The translations under genes and the position numbers were made by a program. From Lingula anatina (Eukaryota; Animalia; Brachiopoda), in NCBI GenBank assembly GCA_051362555.1, contig CM120649.1, positions 5,642,001 through 5,706,000 of the forward strand: DNA of 64,000 nucleotides. Direction: 5' to 3'. The notes below the pieces were generated by a model. It was given only the letters and a program-made list of their open reading frames with translations, did not search any database and was not told where the DNA came from. This document shows positions 1-11,797 of this stretch, in pieces (the stretch's first letter is position 1; each line of letters begins with the position of its first letter).

Positions 1-1489
1 TTCCTTATTTAGTGGCGTGAATGAAATGCATAATCAGAACGTCGGGTCGTGGCGTCAGTTCTGTAGCATGTCGCACAAAAAATGACCTGTTTTAAGCGAA
101 ATATAATGCTAAGCTGGAAAATTTTTTTTAAACATTGCGTGTAATGAAACAAAGAAACTGTCATGAGCGATTTCTGAATACCTGGACTGTTATGCCATGT
201 GAAACTGATGGCAAAGAAAGAGCGGCATTACAACATCGAAATATATACTCGGTGTGTTAGCCTGAACTATTTTTTCAGGCATTACCTTCTTTTAAAGAGG
301 CAGTGTCGTTTGCTTTTTCTTTTTAACAAACATAAGAACATGAGCAGTATTTTGAGAGAGCCTACGTAAGTAATCCATTGTAAAGCGACCACGGGTGCTC
401 CTTTATCTTGCGCATACTGACACTACCTTTCAAATACGTCTAACTACAGTGTTCACTATTTACTCACGCGTCGACTCCAGTGTTAAGCGTTGTATTGCTG
501 AAAAACAGTATACTTATTTAGTTTTTTATTACTTTAAGGCAGAATTACATTTGACATTGTATTAACCTTCTTTCTCCCAGTCCATCATACGTCTGCTTCA
601 GTCAGCGTATACATGGTTACTAAAATCCTGCTTGCACTTGTTGTAAACCATAAAAAGTTGCCCAAAGCATTTTGAAGCCCTGATGTATCTCACAAATTTT
701 ATCAATCTATCTGTCTATTCCCATCTACGTTGTCTAAGAAAAACCCACTTCTTCCATAAACTGCTTACCAGCCCTGTTTGAAATAGGAAGTGAGCGACAT
801 TCAGATTTCAAAACCAGGGCAGGCCTAGGGTTCTCCACTAGGGCCTCAGAATCTTTTAACTAGTACATGTTATCACAGATAATCCTTAAGCTAATTACAT
901 GCTGTGCAATTATTTGTTCTGTGACCGACAAAGATTTTTTAACTACAGTGAGTTATTAATCCGGTAGACGGCAGGGAGTGCAAATAAAAATATATATTTC
1001 ACGAAAAACGTTTCTAATTAAATTCTTTGGGGAAAGTGGAAGGATGGGGGAGTTAAGTCTCAAGTAATTTGCTGTTCAGCCTACCTCCCCTGTTGAATGA
1101 ACTCCAAGTCAAGATCACATCACAAAATGTATCATAAAAGCTGCATCCTCTTTTATACCTTTTTTTACTGGTTCGTGATAAAGTACTAGTATATGTATCA
1201 AATTTCGTTTATTTAAAAGTTAACCCTTGAAATTAAAAAAATCGACAGGGATTCGAAGACCTACCTTCTCCATCCGTTACACTCCATGACTGACCAAATA
1301 AAAACATCGATACAATCAAAGCTACTCCGTATATTCTGATAGTCCCCATACTGGGAGCATGTCATTTCACTAACGTCTATATATCTTAAGTGAAGCTCAG
1401 GATAACCCGCACATCGACAGAGAAGCAACTTCAACGACACAGGTAACTTCAACGACACAGTTAGCGTGTATGCTTTCCTCGTCTAAGTG

Positions 1490-1680
1490 AGTGAGGTCAA
1501 CGGAGGCCTGGCAAACCGGGAAGTAGACACACTGCGCTACCCTGCTTAAGAAATCTATCCAAAGTCCTCATCCCTATTATAGCACGCATCCGTGATTGTC
1601 AAACACGACCTAAAAAAACATTCCGTATACTGAATAGCCTTGTTGTGATGACACGGTTTGGAAAACAAATAAAGGGGTTG
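1490..1680. repeat. 191-bp direct repeat, copy 1
   Basis: agtgaggtcaacggagg...aataaaggggttg recurs at 2033-2223 with about 6 mismatches. Confidence 0.95.
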
Positions 1681-1962
1681 TTGAAATACCCTGCTCACTT
1701 CATTGACTACTAGGTTCCATTATTTCGGCGAATAGAATATATCTGTGTCCAAAGGTGGAACGTGGGAAGGGTGCGGCGGGAACTTGTCGCTTTTCGTATC
1801 CGCTTTCCCTTCTTACTTATAAAATAACAGTATAACAATGAGGGAAACGAGACAAGACTAAGCAATTTTCCCCACTGAAGCTTTCCACTCTTATACTACA
1901 AACTTGTGTATAGCCCAGTACCTTGCCTGCCTTGCGTACTTGCGTAAAATTGTGCTTTGTTT

Positions 1963-1969
<7 letters not shown>

Positions 1970-2037
<68 letters not shown>

Positions 2038-2221
2038 GGTCAACGGAGGTAGGGCAAACCGGGAAGTAGTCCCACTGCGCTACCCTGCTTAAGAAATCTA
2101 TCCAAAGTCCTCATCCCTATTATAGCACGCATCCGTGATTGTCAAACACGACCTAAAAAAACATTCCGTATACTGATTAGCCTTGTTGTGATGACACGGT
2201 TTGGAAAACAAATAAAGGGGT

Positions 2222-2280
<59 letters not shown>
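1970..2280. repeat. (TA)n microsatellite split by copy 2 of the 191-bp repeat
   Basis: (TA)n at 1970-2032, 191-bp copy at 2033-2223, (TA)n at 2224-2280. Confidence 0.95.
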
Positions 2281-2282
<2 letters not shown>

Positions 2283-3581
2283 TCTCTGCGCAATAGAGGA
2301 ATCCGTAAACCTTTGTAACATAACGGAAAACTAGATGAGTGGTCGCAGAACGCGGTAAAACGATCAATTATTACTACATTTTGTTTGTTTGACGATGAAA
2401 ATGTGCAATTTGTGCTTTAATTTTCAAGGACGACACAGTGCGCCTTTTTTTCTGATTGAAAATGAAAACTAATACCCTTTTCTTTTTGAAAAAAAAAAAC
2501 ATTTTAATGTGGAAAGTCATAATGTTTTCTGTATGATGATACGAAAGTTTTTATTAAAGGATAATGACTGAAGGACCTATAATTATCCGAGTGGTTTATC
2601 ATTGTTTTGCCCGTCTTGCAATACTATCTGGAACTACAGCAACTATTTGGAAGTCTGACAAAAATTGAGAGGGTCCTCTAACTGAGAATTCTCATTTTTG
2701 AACATCAACAGGTATATTTTAATGATGTAACACTCTCGACATGAAGGTAGACATAATTTGAATATTATCATTTTATTTATCTATTTACTTTAATCCCCCT
2801 GCTTTTTTTTATTTATTTATTTATTCTTCCCTTCTGGCAGTTGGTGTACTCTTCTTTTAATGAATAAATTATTTTAGACCTAAAAGACAAGGGAATGGCA
2901 TAAGAGTTTTTAATAATTTTATTTTTTCTGTTTTTTTGTTTGTCATCCTTTCCTCACACTTGTACAACTACAAATATATATTGCGCCTGCGCGTAGTGAG
3001 CATGCGTGCGTGCTTGCTTGCTGACTTGAGTACATGTGTGTGTGTGTATGTGCGCGCGTGTGCGCGGGCACCAGTGTGCTTTATCCAACAATTGCGGCAT
3101 CGCTGGTATAGCTGCAGTGTCCCTCTTTGACGTAGGTTGTCCACTCATCCCCCTGCCCTTTCTGTTTCACTGCGGAGTGCAGCCAGCACATCTATATAGA
3201 AACCAAATACAGTAATTATTCAATAAATTAAAACAACATAAAAGCAATAATAACTACCTCCTTCCTCTCCCGAATACAATAGTAATATAAAAAATTGATG
3301 TTAGAAATACCCAGAAGAGTTTTTTAAAGACTTTTGGAAAGTAAGCTGCTTTCTTGTCAGTAAGTTATTTTTGGTGAGCCTAAAATGATAAATTGTGAAA
3401 AAGTGAACTATCAGGACAGTGAGGCATTGAAAATTTTGTGTAATTAACGTGCCAGTCTACTAAGCATACGGTCGATGGCAGCGTTAAATTATTTAACTAA
3501 AACTTCTATCACTTGTTCAGTTCTTTCGGTGGTAAGTTACATTTCTTTTGTTTCCATGAATGCTTCTTCGCAGTTGATTTA

Positions 3582-3622
<41 letters not shown>

Positions 3623-3923
3623 TGAAAATCACCAAAGTATGTACCAGTGGCAATGTAAGTTTACAGCATTCATTTGAATCAAATTTAAAGTTTGAATTAT
3701 TTTGTCTCTTTTTGTCTTGAACCGAATAAGCTATTGATGACCATTGCCTAAAGTAAGCAATATCTATAAGTAACTTCAGTGTCCTTATTGACATAAAAGA
3801 TAATAAAATGCAAAATTAATTACATGTAATAGGCCAAATACATTGTAGGTGGGTTCTTCCACATACCTTATCGCTGCTCCTATAGGTGGCAGCAATGCAT
3901 TTCTCTTCTTTAGAGCATTCCAT

Positions 3924-6900
3924 CAAGGAGTTATAACAGAAGGAGATTACACGCAAGCCTTTCTATTGTCCGATGTCTGTTACGGTGGGCGGAGCTAGCT
4001 ACGGGGGGCCTCCGGTCTCAAGGTTTCGTCTGCGTCGCTCTCCTCAGCTTGGAGATAAATTTCATATGCGTTATTTCGCGTTAGAATTCGAGATCAGTAA
4101 TGTCAAAGCGCCGTTGTATGCTGACGATTTTTTTCACAGGTAATTATTTGGACGATGTGCTGGAAGGGAACGATATCATAGAAAGCGATTATAAGGTGGT
4201 GACTGAGGATGGTCGCCATGAGCTTTTTTTAGTCGGTGATAGATGGCTTTTTTATGGCACAACCCGGTGAAAAATCACCAAGGAGAAGTCAAAAGAAAAC
4301 GTCCCAACTGTGGTTTGTGAAAATGACGTTCAAGTGTACGTCTGTCCTCACTGCCAAAGGACATAATATTAATACATTAACGTTTGGACCCTCCTGCCCT
4401 TGGGTCCCATAAACATATACATTGTGACAGTGCCTACGCTTTGTGTCTGGTTTTAAATTTCTTAAAGTATTTTTTCTCTCACTCGGTATAATTTTAATAT
4501 TATAATGCATTTAATTAAAATTTTAATCCAAGGTTGAGGCAATGCCACGACACGTCAGTTTACTGAATACTCGTTATAAATTTCTTTATCTTGGAAATTT
4601 CCCTTTTTTTTCAGGATTATTTGACACGTACTAACACTGTTCATATTTGTCGGTAAACAAGTGCACAGTGCTATACATTAAGAATAATTTTTATTCATTC
4701 ATAAATATATTTATGTACAAAATATATCAGAAATTTTAGTATTCACTGAGCTCTTTAAAGTGAAACAAATAAAGATGAGAATATTGAATTTCAAACAATT
4801 ATTTACTATATTAACTTAAAATATCTTTTAAGTCAACTCTATACTCAAGCACTCTATACTCTATACTCATGAAAGTAGCATCTGTGAGTAAAACCATTTT
4901 ATTATATCAATAGAAAAACAAAAACAAAAATTTTACACATAAGCAGTAATAAATGAAGTCATAAGAATGATTAAGTTGCTACAGTTTTCCAGTTTTATGC
5001 AGTCTATGATGGCATTTTTTTCAACCGTGCAAATAGAAATAATTGTATTCTTTTTTATCTGACTTGCTGATACCAGTCTGTGCCAGATACTATTCCACTT
5101 ACAGGCCAGCAAGGTCTGAGAATCTAATGGGCCGAATGAAAAAAAAAATCCTAGAAGATAAAGTGGTTAATTCTTACAAATAGGATGAAATGGGATTTTC
5201 AAAAGGTTATTATAGATCAAGACAACACTTAGTAAGAACATTTATAAAATGTAACAGCTGAAAAAATTAACTGGTAAGTAAGCAGTAAGTGACTGCTTTA
5301 AAGAAATTTCACTGAAACAGAAATTTCACTGGCAATCAGGTAGACTGTTATACCATGGCACTCAACAATTTATATATAGGTTTTGAGTTTTTTTCCACGT
5401 AACAGTAACATAAAATTTATGTCCACTTTTGCAATGTATAGAGTCAGGTGACTGAAAATATTTTAAAATGTCATAAAGGAGCACTATTAATTTAATGCAA
5501 TCTCTGTTGGCCAGTCTTATCCAGTTTCTTCTCCAAAAAGGACAACTCAAGTGAGAATTTCTTCAGGGCCTTTTCTTCTGCCTTGCTAATGCCATGCCAC
5601 TCAGAAAAGAGAGAAACCTGTAGGTTAGAAAAAAAAACATAATAATAGCATTATGAACTACTAGTATCCATGTAGACATTATGGAATTATGCAGTGAAGT
5701 TTAATGTGTCTTGTTATGACTTGACTGAAATAATGTTCACCACATAAATGAACAATTTACAACTAAATTTATATAGAACATCAAGATTCATGATCACAAG
5801 CTAATAACCCCAAGAAATTGAAAGAAATTGTACTTATTACAAGAAATTATTTAAATCCGCCCTGGTCCCTACTCTTCTGACAGGACAAAAAGGGGATTTC
5901 AGAGAGGCTGGTTGCTAAAAGGAAAATGCCCAAGGTTGTTGTATTTTGAAAAAAAATTAAAAAGGGTACTGTTGTTAGTTAATGTTTAATGCATCTTAGG
6001 CATTATGACAAAAGTAACTTACCCCAGACACACTGACCTCCTTTTTTCATTGACATATTTTAATTTTTTCCAGCCTGACCATAATTCATATATTCAATGC
6101 AGCCTTCTCCCATATCTATAATAGAAAAAAAAAAACTTGAGTAGTGTTAAGATATGCATGTCAAATTCATTATCAATTTTGAGAGAATTTTTGTTTCAAC
6201 ACTACAAGATGAAATATTTAATTTCAAGTAATGAATAAACCTTAATAGAGTTCTATTCTTTTGTAACCACCAAGGCAAAGCTTCTTTCTTAAAATGAACT
6301 GAAACATCCAAGCTTGCCACCTAACATGCCAAAGTAGTGAAGTATAATTTAAGTAGAGAAGCAAGTACCCCTTAATTATAGAGGTGTCTTACACAATAAG
6401 GTGTGTCTTACACACCTCGACTCAAAGAGAGATGTGTAGTGAGATAACAGGTAAAGTAATTGGTGGAGCCTAGGTGAACTTAAAACCTTAAGACTTTAAA
6501 TTAAGAAGCACCAGGATTCATGTGTGTTCTTTTTTCAAAGGTTTAATATGAATTCAAACATATATATGTAAAAAGAAGACTAAATAAGTTAAAAATAACT
6601 ATACCAAAGACACTGTGAAGTCAAACTTCCTGTTAGACCGCCATGATGGAAAATGCTGGGTGGAGGCAAAATTTTCCAGTCAAAAAAACTGAGCACTTTA
6701 CTTTAACAACAAAGTTACCACTCCAAAGCCACCCACCATGGTGAGAAGAAAAATGATGACCAACTGTCATGATAAGTCTTTTTAGATTTAGACATGAAAA
6801 AGGTAAAGGCCAAAATGGTACATTTACCCATAACACTAGAGTAAAAAATTGGTATTCTGAACAAATCGGGTTATTTTTTTCAAGAAATATTGGAGCAGTA

Positions 6901-7804
6901 TCCATGCAATATATACCACGCCAAGACCAAGATGTTCAAGAATCTAAACACACCAAATTTTTTTATAACCTTGCATTTGAAAAGTACAAAAAGCGGTAAG
7001 GCTTTTGGCCGTAACAAGCGTAACACTTTTTGATCGGAACTCATGAAAATTGTCAATTGTCGTATCCAAGCTAGACCACATGTAAAATCGCAAAAAAAAC
7101 AATACTGCTCAAGCAAGTGTGTTGCACACATAACAATTAGTTAAATTTTATGACTGTCATGTGACACAAATTTCAAAAAGTAGGAGGAAAATGTCTTTTG
7201 GAGTAATTTTTTTTTTCGAAATATTAACAAGATGGCGGCTTAAGCATCTGCTTGTTATTCGGCTACTGAAAGTGCACCTAAGTTTTATTCTTTGCTATTG
7301 CCACAAATTACTTAACAATTGCAACTGTATAAAGACCAAACTTTCTTCATCTGATACTATATTTATAGGCACTTGTTATGAGTGGGAAATATTTTTCGTG
7401 CAATATTTATTCTCCACACACCACCTCGCGAGATCAACGTGTAGCTGGACACTTACACAGTGAGACCCTACGACATAAAAGTTGCAATTTATCTTCATAT
7501 TTCGTGTAGTTATGCATTTAAAAGCACTTACCTGTTTTTTGAAAACCTTGTCCAACGTAATATCATATAAATTCTGTATTTCTCTCATTTTTTAGAAACT
7601 TGGGACTCCGTTTCTGTTTCTGTCCTCAAAAATCAACAGACGAAGGCACAGATACTAACAAACGAGATTTAAACGAGAGTAGCAATTAAGCGTAACAGAG
7701 ATAGGCATCCATTGTTCTCTGGGTTCTATTCATTCCGACCAATGAGAGACCGTAATACGGGCTCCGCCCCCACGCGTGTAATCTCCTTCTGTTATAACTC
7801 CTTG
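3924..7804. mobile_element. Non-autonomous P-element-like DNA transposon (3881 bp)
   Basis: Perfect 31-bp TIRs caaggagttataacagaaggagattacacgc (3924-3954 and 7774-7804). 7-bp TSD attccat (3917-3923 and 7805-7811). CA...TG termini and shared subterminal motifs gggcggagc and cggtctc. No intact transposase ORF. Confidence 0.9.
5492..7588 (-). CDS. Putative two-exon 60-aa ORF inside the P-like element, function unknown
   Basis: Exon 7588-7532 (MREIQNLYDITLDKVFKKQ, donor gtaagt) joins in phase 0 to exon 5617-5492 (T-rich tract then ctacag; VSLFSEWHGISKAEEKALKKFSLELSFLEKKLDKTGQQRLH*). Confidence 0.35.
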
Positions 7805-8311
7805 ATTCCATCGAACAATCATCGCCGCCGTTCACATTGAAAGCGCTTATGTCAGTGCCTACGTTTCACATAAAAAATATTCAAAAAAACCATATCAGTT
7901 CTGCCCCGTGAAAACCGTACTTGATACAAATGATACTGGGGCATTCATGCTGTAAGGCCCCGTTGTAAGGAAGGCAGGTAAACTAGTTTCTATAACACTT
8001 GCTTTGGTAATTTAAAGGCACACTATTATGAATAAACTACATTGATCACTAATTTCCCATTTCCATTGCTTCTGGTCATTTATTTCTGTTTTCAGGACAC
8101 GCTAGATCGGCGAATGAATGAAGGGTCTAATTTACTAGTAGGATGAGAACGAATAGGGGCCATTTTAAAATTTTACACTGCGTTAAATTACATTGTTTTA
8201 TCGTCAAAAAAAGATACCTGTCAAATATACTAAACTGATACTAATGGTTATTGACTATTTTTTGGAATATAACAAGACGAAAATATTCCACTGAGTTGAA
8301 AAAGTGACACC

Positions 8312-8353
<42 letters not shown>

Positions 8354-8539
8354 GGAGGCAGTGGTTATACTGAGGAATTTGCCATAAAAAAACGTGTCAA
8401 ACACTGTACCTCCAGACATATATTGGCCATAATTGACTTCCATGTCGCAGTCGCATCCGTACGGCTTGCTGAAGGACACCCACTCGGCCCCGGACCCCTC
8501 TGAGCGAAGCTCTGGATTCAGCCAGCACGTTTTCCATAC

Positions 8540-8543
8540 CTTT

Positions 8544-8587
<44 letters not shown>

Positions 8588-8771
8588 TAATAATAATAAT
8601 ACAGAGGAGCGAATGATCAAGTATGGGTGCGAGCGCGTGGGAATGTAACTGTATGTATGAGAGTTTTCCATTCGTGTGTTTTTGTGTTATTAGATTTTCA
8701 TACTATGTGCATATTTTTTTACTTGTTTATTCATTGCAGCTGTCAGAATTAAAGAAAACCGTTTTCCATAC
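8540..8771 (-). other. 232-bp insertion or intron with 15-bp flanking direct repeats and an (ATT)n tail
   Basis: cgttttccatacctt occurs at 8528-8542 and 8760-8774. An (AAT)n array at about 8545-8600 abuts the left repeat. On the minus strand the segment starts GT and ends AG, and removing it restores the PAN1 frame. Confidence 0.8.
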
Positions 8772-9064
8772 CTTGTGGTACGTGGCTGAGCGACACAGGG
8801 AGTTGACGAGGCAGCCGAATTCACAGTCCCCTTCCGTCACATCGTGTAGAAACTTTATGACTGTACCGCTAGCATAATAAGTTTGGTCGAGTTTTGCGAG
8901 GTTTTGGCATGCTTAAAAATGAGAAATAAAAACAAAGGGTCCGAATGAAAATGTTTGCTCATGATTGATTAATGAATCTGCTGCAGACAACGTGACAAAA
9001 AAAGTAGAAATACATGAATAAAGATGTTCTACCGAATAAAGTGATCAGCCATTACACGTATAAT

Positions 9065-9066
<2 letters not shown>

Positions 9067-9129
<63 letters not shown>
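9067..9129. repeat. Compound (CT)n(CA)n microsatellite
   Basis: Directly visible; lies in intron 1 of the PAN gene. Confidence 0.95.
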
Positions 9130-9130
<1 letters not shown>

Positions 9131-9815
9131 GGAAACAAAATGCATTTGTACCTGCGTGAACGCTGGCATGAAATAGCTCCAATAGCAACCAAGCGACTGG
9201 GAATAGGCCTTTCATCAACATGTTGCAGTTTATTACCAATGCCCTACAACCGGGCAGGCTTCTCTCAAAAGAAAAAAAAAATTCTTTAGTTACATGTATG
9301 GCAGAATCAACGTATCTAAAACAGAGTAAATAATTGTGATAATGAAACCATAACAAAACAATCCGAGAATGCTAGTATGTCTGGAAACTTAACCCGTCCA
9401 CTATACAATACCCAGTACAAAAGTTGATAAACGTCACAACGAGAATGCCAAATCAGTCCTATTATTTCCCAATCAAATACATTTTGAATAAATAGACCTA
9501 ATACCTACCACAGACCAAGGTCCTGAGTGTAGGTGTTTTATAGAGCATTCCATGTACAAGTTTGTTCATCGGTCACAGGTGTCCTTTTCTCACGCAAGCG
9601 GGCATTTTTAATCCGGCCCCAGTCAGCAGCGGTTGAACTAAAACCGTTTTAAGATTTCGTACAGGAATTGAGCGGGCTGAATGTCTGTGTCACCCGGCCC
9701 CACCCCAAAACACACGCAAAACCCTATGCGTATCAATGGCCCCATTCAGAATATTAGGGGACTAACTAGTCCGAGGGTCAAATTATGGCGATCCACTACA
9801 AAGCTTGCCGTCTAA

Positions 9816-10040
9816 CACCCCATTTCCATAGATTTTTAGATCGATCTATTCCTGTGGGGAGTTTCACTAGATTACTGTCAGCTTGGCCGGCTTAAGCGTC
9901 TGTCCCGCCTACTTAAAGACGTAAGGGGGTAATTAACTATGGTGCGCGCTCGTGTGACTGCAATTTAGCGTGAACCCCCTGGTGTTAGGTCGATCTAAAT
10001 TTTAATCCCTGGTTCGATCTAAATCTCTGGAAATACACCC
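9816..10040. mobile_element. ~225-bp MITE flanked by TAA (PIF/Harbinger-like), copy 1
   Basis: Near-identical inverted copy at 62895-63120 and a degenerate copy at about 31870-32323. Both full copies are flanked by TAA/TTA. Subterminal inverted repeat atttcca(t/g)agattt...agatc. Confidence 0.85.
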
Positions 10041-10152
10041 TAATCCGCTAATAGACACTGAATAGATAGGGAAGTATTCAAGTGGGTGAAATCAGTCTGT
10101 TTAATGGACTTAAAACAGATTTTGTTCGCCCGTTATGGATTGGGCCTCATAT

Positions 10153-11742
10153 TAACCGATTACAGTGACGTCATATTTGCTCCGTAACACTAGTCCCGCG
10201 GCCATGCTGGAGGGAATGAACGACGGGGAATAGTAGCGTAAATATAGGTAAACCAAATAAAATAAAGTAAACTTCATATCACGATCAAGGACACCAAAGG
10301 GAAAAGGATATATACAAGCTGAGGCTTCAGCTGCTCAGCGGGATCGACCGATATGAACTCAAGACAGTCTAAAAACGTGAAATCCTACTAAATGCTACTT
10401 ACCCAACATCGTGTTGTCAGAAGATAGTTCAGTTATCTTGTACTTCATTTTTCTTGTTCATTGGGTAATAACAGTTATAGTTTGAGAGAGTTTAATGTGT
10501 AATCATAAGTTTAACCATAAATAGAAGCAACTGTTTTCATAAAGGATAGATATAAAAAATTTGAGCTGATCATTAGGATAAACCCTTGTGGATTCAAGGA
10601 AGAATGTATGATTGTCTTATGACATGAAATACAGTATTGCTGTTAGTTATGACTTATCTTTACATCGTGAAGCTGTCAGAAATTATTTCAGCATTCTTGT
10701 ACTTCTTATTGGTTCATTAGAAAGTACATGTAACAAGACTGTTGTTCATTCATATAAGCAGCATTGTTAGCATTTTATTATTAGTTCAGTCATTCACAGA
10801 AGCATTTGTTAGGCACTACAAATATCCTCAAACCTCAGTTTAAGTGGGACTTAGAGAATGGGAATTTGCCATGGGACTATACACTTGATATCAATGGAGC
10901 AATAGAAACTATGTCAATGATGAAAAAGACGTGTCCTTTGTATCAAAATAAAGCTGGTGAGTTGTGTTGTAAATAAGTTTTCAAAATACATCTACTGCCA
11001 TAAAAAGTATTGTATCAAACTGATTTTATAAAATTTTATATACCATTTGCATTGAGAATATTTTGCTAGGTATTCAGTGAACAAAATTCATGTATTTTAA
11101 ATTTACTTTAAAACTGCAATATCAGGTATTTGTTGTTCTCTTTTTTTAATGTAAAGCCTAACTATATTGGGGATTTTCAGATGCTATTGTTTATACAGTA
11201 CAGAAGTAAAGTATGCAGAACATTTGCTCTATACCATCATCAACTTTTTAAATTATTTCAGCATTCTTGTACTTCATTTTGGTTCATTAGAAAGTACATG
11301 TAACGAGACTGTTGTTTGAGAGAGTTTTTAAACTATTAAAATATTCACCTATTAAAATATTCACCATGAATGCAACCATTCATATAAGCAACTTTGTTAG
11401 GATTTTATTATTATTCAGTCATTCACAGAAGCAAGGCATTTTTCACAATCATGTATTTATGATGTCCAATGTAAAATAATAATTCAGTTCATGAATTGAT
11501 TTCTGCAACCATTTGCTTAAACATATAGGAAAAGTGCACATTTTGTATGAATAAAAGTGAACATGAAATGCTGAGTTCTGAGTGTCGCTTCAATTAAATA
11601 ACTCCTGTCATGCACTGGATTTCACTCTCCTGATGTTCAGATCCTGTCTCCTCAGCTGGTCACAGAGATCTAGGAATATTTTTTGCTGCTTCTACCTTGT
11701 GTGTCATCTAGCTGCCTTTTGTACCTGTCATCAAAAGCTTCC

Positions 11743-11797
<55 letters not shown>

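Larger units (their letters stand above)
3081..9215 (-). pseudogene. Secreted protein with two PAN/apple domains, disrupted by a transposon insertion (null allele or pseudogene)
   Basis: Exon 9215-9152 encodes the signal-peptide-like MKGLFPVAWLLLELFHASVHA. Exons 8911-8772 and 8539-8410 encode PAN1 (ACQNLAKLDQTYYASGTVIKFLHDVTEGDCEFGCLVNSLCRSATYHK/VWKTCWLNPELRSEGSGAEWVSFSKPYGC). Exon 7858-7812 joined to 3923-3867 across the transposon, plus exon 3191-3081, encodes PAN2 (TDISAFNVNGGDDCSMECSKEEKCIAATYRSSDK/MCWLHSAVKQKGQGDEWTTYVKEGHC...stop). All junctions are GT-AG. Linker exon(s) between 7860 and 8409 are unresolved. Confidence 0.8.

Noticed and set aside
1904-2367. ORFs with (YI)n runs
   Set aside because: These are translations of the (TA)n microsatellites.
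6633-7463. Overlapping ORFs and YY1/BANP-like motifs inside the P-like element as a transposase gene
   Set aside because: No THAP or DDE motifs and the composition looks random. It may be a nested repeat, but I could not define its ends.
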